A stretch of DNA of 55,419 nucleotides, taken from the NCBI GenBank assembly GCA_964491625.1, contig CAZBIU010000002.1:1-55419 (forward strand), given 5' to 3'. Both the position numbers and the translations under genes were made by a program. The notes under the pieces are model-generated. The model was not told where the DNA came from. It made no database searches and saw nothing but the letters and a program-made list of their open reading frames with translations. Source of the DNA: an uncultured Myxococcales bacterium. GTDB taxonomy: Bacteria > Myxococcota_A > Polyangia > Fen-1088. This document shows, in pieces, positions 46,150 through 53,505 of this stretch; positions within the stretch are counted from its first letter, which is position 1, and the number at the start of each line of letters is the position of its first letter.

Positions 46150-47399
46150 GCGGGATAGGGCCTTATGCCTTGCTGTCGCAGCCAGGCGATTTCGGGTTCA
46201 ATCTCACGGCGGCGCGCCGTCAGGTTCGCTTCTTTGTAAAGGCCGTGGATGCGTTCGAGGCAGTCGAGCAGGTGCTCCTTCGACTGGGCATCGCGGGCCA
46301 GGGCCACGCCGGCGTTCCAGCTTTCCCAGGCCGCCTTGGTGTCACCGAGCTTGTGCTTGCAAAACCCCATCTGTTCCAGGCAGCGCAACTGCAGCTCGTC
46401 GTTGCCGACCACCTTGGCCAGCATGGAAAGTCCCTCGTAGTAACCGAAGGCCGACACGAAGTCGCCGGCCAGGCGATGCAAGTTGGCCAGGTTGCCGGTG
46501 ACGTTGATGAGCGACGCGGGATCCTGGGCCTGCACCGCGGGCACCAGGGCCAGCTCGTAGTGGCGCTTCGCCTCTGGCTTGTTCCCCATCCGATCGAACA
46601 CCTCGCCGAGGCCGTTGAGGCTTAAGGCATGCAGGGGCTTGGGTCCGAGTGCCCCGTGGTAGCGAGCGAGCAAGGCGTATTTCTTCGACGCCTCGGGGAA
46701 GCGGCGATACGCCAGATCCATACCGGCCAGCAGCAGCACCGCCTGCATCCGCTGCGGTAAGGGCAGAGCGGCGTCGTTCATTTCGTCTTCCAGCGAGGCC
46801 TGCACCGCGTTTGGTCCCATATCCGGGGCGTAGACCTCGATGGCCCGCTTGGCCTGGGCGGCGGCGGCATAGAGCGGCGCCGGCTGGGCTTCCTCGCGCA
46901 CGAGGATGCGCATGTGGTGACACCAGGGTTGCGGCATTTCGTGCGCGGCCAGCGCGAGAATCAGTTGCGCGAAGTCTTGCGGGTCGCTGATCTTGCTGGG
47001 CAGAAAGCCCGCCACCAGATGAGTGACTTCCAGATCGTCGATAAGAGATCGCGCGAACACCAGCAAAGCCCGAAGGCGATCCACGGGGGGCAGCCTCGGG
47101 TTGCTGATCTCTGCCGGCAGCTCGCCGGGAACCTCGGAGCGGGCCTTGCGCAGCTCGGGCACCAGTACGACGTAGCGCACGCGGAAGGACTCGACCACGG
47201 CCTGGGCGTATTTGCTTGCGCTTTCGAAGGGCTCTTGGAACAGCCAGAAGGCGTCCGCTGACTCTTGCTCGATGCCGTCTAGGGTGGAAACCAGCGGCAG
47301 GAGCTCGGCCGGCCCGGCGCGCACCACCAGCAAGAGCGCCCGGCGCTGCGCCAAGAATGCCTCCAGGCGGAGGCGCATGTCCGCGAAGAGCTTGCGCAT
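46146..47399 (-). CDS. 417-aa protein with unknown N-terminal half and C-terminal TPR half; candidate T6SS adaptor/chaperone
   Basis: Start ATG 47397-47399, 2 nt after the vgrG stop. ATGA overlap with the PAAR gene. TPR-like 'EASKKYALLARYHG...GLGEVFDRMGNKPEAKRHYELAL...GNLANLHRLAGDFVSAFGYYEG'. Confidence 0.75.
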   Translation of the reverse strand: MRKLFADMRLRLEAFLAQRRALLLVVRAGPAELLPLVSTLDGIEQESADAFWLFQEPFESASKYAQAVVESFRVRYVVLVPELRKARSEVPGELPAEISNPRLPPVDRLRALLVFARSLIDDLEVTHLVAGFLPSKISDPQDFAQLILALAAHEMPQPWCHHMRILVREEAQPAPLYAAAAQAKRAIEVYAPDMGPNAVQASLEDEMNDAALPLPQRMQAVLLLAGMDLAYRRFPEASKKYALLARYHGALGPKPLHALSLNGLGEVFDRMGNKPEAKRHYELALVPAVQAQDPASLINVTGNLANLHRLAGDFVSAFGYYEGLSMLAKVVGNDELQLRCLEQMGFCKHKLGDTKAAWESWNAGVALARDAQSKEHLLDCLERIHGLYKEANLTARRREIEPEIAWLRQQGIRPYPA

Positions 47400-47401
47400 G
47401 G

Positions 47402-49753
47402 CTAGCCGATTTTGATGAGCGCCCCGCTGATCTCGTGCATGCCCACCGATGCCGAGGTGACCTTCACGCCGTTGACGGTTGTTCCGGACGGCTCGAAGGC
47501 GGCGTTGTTGTTGGCATTGCCTATCTTGACCTTCACACCCGTGATCTCGATGGTGCCGTCGCTCTTCATCGAGATCGAAGCCGAGCCGCACTTGATGGCC
47601 ACCTCGGAATTGGCGGTGACGGTGGCGGAGCTGCCCGACAGGTTGACCTCGCAGCCACCGTTGTTCACCACGATGTCTTTACCTTTCATAAAGAGGGTGT
47701 TGCCCCCTTGGGTCACCTTGAACTGGGTGTCCGCGGTGGTGTTGTACTCGCCGTGAACCGTGACGGTCTTGTCCGACCCCACCACCTCCAGCGTGTCGCC
47801 TTTCTCGACGGTTTCGGTGCGGCCGGCGTGGTACTTACCGGTGTGCGCGCCGGTGATCTCGTCGAGATTGGTGCCGGTCACCTTCATCTCGCGCTCGGCC
47901 TTGTAGGTCTGGGTTTCTTTCTTGGTGACGGTGGTGCTCTGGGTTCCCGTCACGCTGACCGAGTGATTGCCACCCACGCTGACGCTGCGGTCGGCGCCCA
48001 CCGACGTCGACTGGTTGTGCTTGACCGTCGTCGACATGTCCTTTTCGGCCTGGATGTGCAGCTCTTCCTTGCCCTTCAAGTCCTCGAACCGGATCTCGTT
48101 GAAGTTCTGGTCGGTGCCACCCATGCTGCTGCGGCTCTTGATTCCGCTTTGGGTCTTGTTCTTGGGCAGCGTGTAGGGCGGCATGTTGTCGGTGTTGTAG
48201 ACCCGGCCGGTGATGATAGGTCGGTCGGGATCGCCGTCGAGGAACTCGACGATGACCTCTTGCCCGACGCGCGGGATGTGGATCGCTCCCCACTGCTGGC
48301 CCGCCCAGACTTGTGCTACGCGCACCCAGCAGGAGGCCTTCTGGTGGCGGCGGTGCGACCTGTCCCAGTCGAGCTTCACCTTCACGCGCCCGAGCTTGTC
48401 AGTGTAGATCTCGTCCTTGTCCTTACTGGGTGGCTTTGCGCTCCCGCTTCCGCCCTCCTGCTGATCGCCCTCGCCGTCGTCGTCGTCCTCGTCACCTTCC
48501 CCGACCACGACCGCGGTCTGCGGCCCTTCGATTCTCGGCTTGAAGGCCGTTCGCCGCGGGCGGAATTGCAGCTCGGAATCGAGCAGGTTGTACCGCGCGG
48601 TGAAGGCATCGCCGGCCCCTACGGTGTCGCCGCTTTCGTGCTCGTTGATGGAGATGGAGTACGTCGCCTGGGTGATAAGGTATTTCTTGTCCAGGTCGGC
48701 GTCGCTCCAGAACGGATTGTAGTGCTCGTCAGTGGCTCTGGTCAGCTTCACAAGGTCACCGACGCCAAGACCCAGCGTATTGCCCTCCACCTCGATCACC
48801 GTGTTGGCGGCTTGCTCGGTTTGCATCCGAACCATGGCATCTTGCGATGCCTGCTCTTCCTCGGTCAGACCCCCGGGATAGTCATACGCTTCGAATTTCG
48901 ATCCCGGCTGCTCCTCGCCGCTGACCTGCCATTCGATCTGCGCTTGCTTGGCTCGATTCGTGGTGTAGTCGTAACCCCGCAGAACGCTGAACTTGGAAGG
49001 GTACAGCGCACCGGAAGCGCGCAGCCCCCAGAAGTGCTCACTGACGGTGTTTCGGTCGTCCCGGTTGACCCGGCACAAGACCGAATCGTAGCCCGGAACC
49101 GTGTCGTGGTTGGCCATAAGATTGGCGAGCACCAAGGTGTGTTTGTCGGCTTCGTGGGTGAAGAAGTAGTAGATGCCTTCGTCCTCCAGGAGGCGCTGCA
49201 CGAAGTTGAGGTCCGTCTCTCGATACTGCACGCAGTACCGCCGATCAACGTCCACGTTGGAGTCCGCCGTGATGTCCTTGATCAAGGTGACTTCGCGTTG
49301 CTTGAGGACCTTCTTGACGATGGTGAGGGTGTCCTGGGAAGGCGGGCCGCTTTCGGGGTCAAGCCCGGCATTGCTCGCGTCGTTGAAGATCCGGCAGTTC
49401 TGCGCGTACGCCAGTCGGGCGAGGGTGGGGACCAAGACCACGGCGTACCGGGTGTGGCGCAAGGTCGGGCCCACCTTGGCAAAGTAGGCGACGATGCCGT
49501 TGAAGTACCGGTACTGGTGCTGTGGATCGACGTCGGCGCCGCGGTCGATGCGCACTGTGAGCGGCTTGCCCAAGAGATCGCCGACCGGAATCGCGGCGTT
49601 TTCGGACAGAATGGTCAGGTCGTACCGATAGGGAGCTCCCAGCGCCTCGCGACCCTGAAAGGTTTCGAGGAGCAGGTCGGTCTTAGGCTCGAGGTCTGAG
49701 CTGCTGCCGCTCTTCGGTCCGAGGATGGTGATGTTGCTGGCATTGGCTGGCAT
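47402..49753 (-). CDS. vgrG: type VI secretion spike protein VgrG (TssI)
   Basis: Start ATG 49751-49753 (MPANASN...). 'ETFQGREALGAPYRYDLTILS', 'YCVQYRETDLNFVQRLLEDEGIYYFF', 'NFNEIRFEDLKGKEELHIQAEKD' and a gp5-like beta-helix tail. Confidence 0.92.
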   Translation of the reverse strand: MPANASNITILGPKSGSSSDLEPKTDLLLETFQGREALGAPYRYDLTILSENAAIPVGDLLGKPLTVRIDRGADVDPQHQYRYFNGIVAYFAKVGPTLRHTRYAVVLVPTLARLAYAQNCRIFNDASNAGLDPESGPPSQDTLTIVKKVLKQREVTLIKDITADSNVDVDRRYCVQYRETDLNFVQRLLEDEGIYYFFTHEADKHTLVLANLMANHDTVPGYDSVLCRVNRDDRNTVSEHFWGLRASGALYPSKFSVLRGYDYTTNRAKQAQIEWQVSGEEQPGSKFEAYDYPGGLTEEEQASQDAMVRMQTEQAANTVIEVEGNTLGLGVGDLVKLTRATDEHYNPFWSDADLDKKYLITQATYSISINEHESGDTVGAGDAFTARYNLLDSELQFRPRRTAFKPRIEGPQTAVVVGEGDEDDDDGEGDQQEGGSGSAKPPSKDKDEIYTDKLGRVKVKLDWDRSHRRHQKASCWVRVAQVWAGQQWGAIHIPRVGQEVIVEFLDGDPDRPIITGRVYNTDNMPPYTLPKNKTQSGIKSRSSMGGTDQNFNEIRFEDLKGKEELHIQAEKDMSTTVKHNQSTSVGADRSVSVGGNHSVSVTGTQSTTVTKKETQTYKAEREMKVTGTNLDEITGAHTGKYHAGRTETVEKGDTLEVVGSDKTVTVHGEYNTTADTQFKVTQGGNTLFMKGKDIVVNNGGCEVNLSGSSATVTANSEVAIKCGSASISMKSDGTIEITGVKVKIGNANNNAAFEPSGTTVNGVKVTSASVGMHEISGALIKIG

Positions 49754-49855
49754 CGCAGGTAGTCCTCGGGGCGAAGGCCCCAGTGGGTACTTCGGGAGTG
49801 GATCCTTTGATACAAGGCGCCAGTCTAGCACCACAAAAAGCGCGGTCACGCACGT

Positions 49856-49873
49856 CCTGACGTGCACGTCAGG
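49856..49873. promoter_or_regulatory. perfect 18-bp palindrome CCTGACGTGCACGTCAGG in the divergent vgrG / lipoprotein promoter region
   Basis: Read directly from the sequence. It lies 103 nt upstream of the vgrG ATG and 88 nt upstream of the lipoprotein ATG. Confidence 0.45.
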
Positions 49874-49960
49874 TCCACACGTCATTGTCACTGCAGCCTT
49901 CGCTCGGTACACTGTGACCGCGTTGACGCGGCGACGCTTACGCACCGAAAGGGGAATCGA

Positions 49961-50692
49961 ATGCGCGGTTGCTTGATATTGCTGGTCCCGGCCCTGGCCG
50001 TTGCTTGTTCCAAACCGCTCCCCGAGGATCAGAAGGGATGGGTTGGGTTATGGAAGAACGAGCAGGCCAGCCTTCTTGTCACCGCCGACGGCCGGCTGGT
50101 ATGGCACCGAAGCTCGGGAGGCAGCGACAAGTCGCTCTCGGCACCTATCCAGGAGATCGGCCAGCGCAAGATTGTCGCGGGCGCCTGGTTCCTGAAGACC
50201 ACCTTCGACGTGGCCCAGCCGCCCAAGCAAAGCGATGACGGATTCTGGACGGTGACCGTGGACGGACAGGAGCTGTTCAAGACCGACAAGCTCGGCCGGG
50301 ATCCTCGCGCGACCACGGTTCCGCCTCTCAATCGACTGCGCGCGCTGGTGGCGGCCGATCTACGGCGCCTGGATCAGGGCATCCGCACCGGTAACTACGC
50401 CGCCTACCTGGCGCAATCCTCGCAGATATTTCAGAGCCAGTTCACCAACGAGAAGCTGCGGCAGGCCTTCCAGACGGCGCACGAGCAGAAGGCCGAGCTA
50501 ACTCCGCTCATGGTGGGTGAGCTGGCGTTGACCTCCGAGCCCACCCTCTCCCAGGAAGGCGAGCTGACGGTGAAGGGCCGATACCCCGACGTCCACGGCC
50601 TGGTGCTGACGGTGGATGCGTCCTACGTCTATGGCCAGGGTGGGTGGAAGACGGTGGGGGTGAATTTCACGATGCTCAAGGCGGTGGAGTAG
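49961..50692 (+). CDS. lipoprotein, function unknown, sitting between the two vgrG islands
   Basis: Start ATG 49961 (MRGCLILLVPALAVACS lipobox). 243 aa. Confidence 0.6.
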   Translation: MRGCLILLVPALAVACSKPLPEDQKGWVGLWKNEQASLLVTADGRLVWHRSSGGSDKSLSAPIQEIGQRKIVAGAWFLKTTFDVAQPPKQSDDGFWTVTVDGQELFKTDKLGRDPRATTVPPLNRLRALVAADLRRLDQGIRTGNYAAYLAQSSQIFQSQFTNEKLRQAFQTAHEQKAELTPLMVGELALTSEPTLSQEGELTVKGRYPDVHGLVLTVDASYVYGQGGWKTVGVNFTMLKAVE

Positions 50693-50714
50693 GTCGAGCC
50701 TAAGGTCGAGCCTA
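50691..50714. repeat. tandem 12-mer AGGTCGAGCCTA x2 filling the gap between two convergent stop codons
   Basis: 50691-50702 is identical to 50703-50714. The plus-gene TAG (50690-50692) and the minus-gene TAG (50712-50714) are both embedded in it. Confidence 0.8.
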
Positions 50715-51818
50715 CCCGCCCAACCAACGAACCAGCGTGAGCGACGGTGCGTAGGTCCAGCCTCCGTCGACCACGGCTTCGACCAACGGGTTTCGCATCT
50801 CGGTCGCGGAGAAGCGGTAGCGGTACGCCTCGGCCAGTTGCCACTTGCCGTCGCGGAATCCGAGCCCCACTGCCGCGTCGCTTTCGTACGCAAAGAAAGT
50901 GATTCCACGCCAGTACGAAAGGTTGGCGAAGAAGCCTGTGAGCCCGGCTCGCCAAGATAGGGAGCGGGATGACTCGATCACCGAGACTCGCGTCCGGTCC
51001 GGGTCAAGCCGCAGCGTCAGCCGCTGTGAAAAACGGATCCGTCCGGCCCCCTGTAGCTGCAGCCAGCGCGCATCGGCGTACACCCACTCGGCTTGGAAGA
51101 CGCCCGGGCGGATCTCCTCAAGGCGCCAGGGCAGGTCGAGCTGGTTGACTTGCAGGAGTCGTGACTGTAGCTCGTCGGCGGATACCGGGACCGCGTCCGG
51201 ATCAGGTTCAATGCGTCCGGCCCACGACGCACCTCGGAGCATGAAGAAGGCGATGGCCAGCATGTAGATACCGATGCCGATCGCAACGCTTCCAAGGTGC
51301 CGGTCGAACAATTCGAACAGCGGGTCGATGTGTGGGTTCTTGGTCACAACCGCAAGGTGTGCCAGCCGGCGATCGACCGCTTCACGATCCGCCGCCTCCA
51401 CACCGATTGCGACGCGGTCGATACGCAGCCAGGCCACGGCCCTGCCGCTTGCGGAGTTGAAGAAGCGGGTTATCGAAACCTTGGCGTTTGTCTCACTGAG
51501 TGACCGGGTGGGGGGCGCGCGCCAGATGCCTTCGATGGCCGCCTTCGCCGCCGCGCTCGACGAACGAACCAGCACGGTTACTGTCGAACCGTCGTCGAAG
51601 CGCTGCACCGACGAGCCTCCGCGTGGGAGGAGCTCGGGGTGGACGGTGTACGGCGCGGGCCCGACAGCGAAGTCCAGACCCACCAGGGCGAAGGGCAAAA
51701 GAAACAAGCCGAATGTGATGCTGAAATAGATTGCGACACGGGACAGGCGTGGCCCCAAGCTCCGGGCGCTGCGCGTGGCAAGATCGTGTCCGCCGGGGCC
51801 GAGGTTTATCGCAGACAT
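50712..51818 (-). CDS. two-TM membrane protein, family unknown (last gene of vgrG island 2)
   Basis: TMs 'VAIYFSITFGLFLLPFALVGL' and 'VAIGIGIYMLAIAFFML' flank a ~130-aa loop. ~170-aa C-terminal domain. Starts 27 nt after the upstream stop. Confidence 0.6.
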   Translation of the reverse strand: MSAINLGPGGHDLATRSARSLGPRLSRVAIYFSITFGLFLLPFALVGLDFAVGPAPYTVHPELLPRGGSSVQRFDDGSTVTVLVRSSSAAAKAAIEGIWRAPPTRSLSETNAKVSITRFFNSASGRAVAWLRIDRVAIGVEAADREAVDRRLAHLAVVTKNPHIDPLFELFDRHLGSVAIGIGIYMLAIAFFMLRGASWAGRIEPDPDAVPVSADELQSRLLQVNQLDLPWRLEEIRPGVFQAEWVYADARWLQLQGAGRIRFSQRLTLRLDPDRTRVSVIESSRSLSWRAGLTGFFANLSYWRGITFFAYESDAAVGLGFRDGKWQLAEAYRYRFSATEMRNPLVEAVVDGGWTYAPSLTLVRWLGG

Positions 51819-51845
51819 TGCAGGCCTGCCGGGTTGCAGAATAGG

Positions 51846-52388
51846 TCAGGCCTTCGGCGATTGAGCTGGGTCATCGGTTTGCGCCGGCTCTGCATCGGCG
51901 TTCAAGTCAATGTTCGTGTAGATGGCGGCCCAAGCCATGAACCAAGCGACAGACACAATGAAGGCGGGGATCAGCCAAGTCACGACGATGAGGATGGGCT
52001 CGCGAGGTAGAATGGCCATGATAAGTAGGCCCATACCGATACACCAGCAAGACATTATGCTGGGCCAAAGCCAGAACGTCAGCCAGTCGCCCCTGCGAGC
52101 GGCCCTTCGAAGCGTGTCGATGTTGGCGGTCAGCACAGCCTTGACGCCGATAATCGGCCCCACTGACTGCATATCGCGGCGAACGTAGGGCTCCGTCGTG
52201 GCACCGTAATCGAACATGTCCCGGGTCTCCTGCTCGCTCATGCGTTCGATCTTGCCCTTCACGTGCTTGAAGAGGACTACAAAGAGGCACACACCCAGCA
52301 GCATGAGAACTGCTCCCGCAACCGCAAGGCACACGGTCGCTGTCCAATCGATGCCGAGCCAGTGAAACCAGACTGAGCTATGGGACAT
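51846..52388 (-). CDS. small polytopic (about 4 TM) membrane protein, family unknown
   Basis: Start at MSHSSVWFHW. TMs 'ATVCLAVAGAVLMLLGVCLFVVLF', 'WLWPSIMSCWCIGMGLLIMAIL' and 'ILIVVTWLIPAFIVSVAWFMAWAAIY'. Confidence 0.6.
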   Translation of the reverse strand: MSHSSVWFHWLGIDWTATVCLAVAGAVLMLLGVCLFVVLFKHVKGKIERMSEQETRDMFDYGATTEPYVRRDMQSVGPIIGVKAVLTANIDTLRRAARRGDWLTFWLWPSIMSCWCIGMGLLIMAILPREPILIVVTWLIPAFIVSVAWFMAWAAIYTNIDLNADAEPAQTDDPAQSPKA

Positions 52389-52421
52389 CGTTGTCCCTCC
52401 GAGGTCCAATACCCACTGCCA

Positions 52422-53489
52422 TCAAGCGATCTCAATCGTGTCGTGTGCGATCTCGAAAACACGTTGCGCCCGCAGAACCGTCAGGGCGTCATTCTCGAAC
52501 AATGGGCTGAGCATCAACAGCGTGATGCTGTATCCGGGTCGTGCGATGAAGCCCATCCGACTCGTGACCTCAGCCTTGGCCAGACGGCCCTTCCCGACGA
52601 AACCGCCCCGCCAACCCGGTACCGCGAGAGATCGAGGATCGTCATCGACGGTGAACGGGCGGGGCGCTTGGGTTGGCGCAAAGCCTGTCTTCTGCAGCTT
52701 CGCCGAGGCTTCTGCGACCATAGCGTCGAGCGCCGGTGGCGGCTGGTTATCGGCAAGCCTCTCGACCTTTGCTTGCACATAGGCGAGCAGGGTCTTGCCG
52801 TAGGCGTCGATGAGTCGGAGGTGGACAGCCGAGATTCCGTCGGAGGCCGAGGTCTGCGACTCGACCGACCAACTTCTTGGGTAGGCCAATTGAAAATCGG
52901 GATTCTCCGCCTTGGCGACCATCCATGGCTCCATCTGGGTGGTCCCGGTACCGTTTTCCACCTGGAACGTATCGTGCGCCACCCAAAAAATCTCCTTGGC
53001 CTCATCCCAATACTTCCGTGCGCACAGACAATTCACGGCAAAGATATTGTGGGCATCAAGGCGGACGCTGGTGCGCCGAACCTCCGGAACGTTGTTGACA
53101 ACGCGTGTGGCGACCACGTCGTAGAACAGCCGAGCCCCTGCAAACCACTTTGCCGAAACCAGATTCCATCCCTCGACGGTCAGGCTCTGCCTGATCCAAG
53201 CGTCGATGGGGATTTCGTATGGCATTGGCGTGACAGTGACCGCGATGACCGGTGCGCCTGGCTGGACCGAGCCAGTCATGAACCCGATACCCCGGGTGGC
53301 GAAGGGCCCACTCGCGACCGGGCCGAATTGCTTGGAATAAGCCCAGGTTCGAGGAACGGCGAGGCTATAGACATAGGTTGGAGGGCCCCCAGCGCTCATC
53401 TTGAGCTTGATGTGGGTCTGCTCCAGTGTTTGCAGTACACGCGGTGCAGTAAACGGAACATCAGGAGGCAATTGATTTGCAGTGGCCAT
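52422..53489 (-). CDS. cytoplasmic protein with two tandem DcrB/PsbP/Eag(DUF1795)-like halves (tentative)
   Basis: Start ATG 53487-53489, 16 nt after the PAAR stop. No signal peptide. 'YVYSLAVPRTWAYS' at about aa 39-52 and 'FQLAYPRSWSVES' at about aa 202-214 each open a ~150-aa beta-rich half. Confidence 0.55.
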   Translation of the reverse strand: MATANQLPPDVPFTAPRVLQTLEQTHIKLKMSAGGPPTYVYSLAVPRTWAYSKQFGPVASGPFATRGIGFMTGSVQPGAPVIAVTVTPMPYEIPIDAWIRQSLTVEGWNLVSAKWFAGARLFYDVVATRVVNNVPEVRRTSVRLDAHNIFAVNCLCARKYWDEAKEIFWVAHDTFQVENGTGTTQMEPWMVAKAENPDFQLAYPRSWSVESQTSASDGISAVHLRLIDAYGKTLLAYVQAKVERLADNQPPPALDAMVAEASAKLQKTGFAPTQAPRPFTVDDDPRSLAVPGWRGGFVGKGRLAKAEVTSRMGFIARPGYSITLLMLSPLFENDALTVLRAQRVFEIAHDTIEIA

Positions 53490-53505
53490 CAGTGCTGTGT
53501 CTCTT

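Noticed and set aside
47216-49699. 827-aa plus-strand ORF, and similar long ORFs at 37233..38888, 16118..17542, 27548..28810, 31138..32316, 33082..34242, 44786..45862 and 23166..23996
   Set aside because: All lie antisense to genes with strong family signatures (VgrG, repeat protein, PL9, GH30, propeller, Rhs/PAAR, TPR). Their translations are Arg/Gly/Ala/Pro-rich with no motifs. Such shadow ORFs are expected in DNA this GC-rich.
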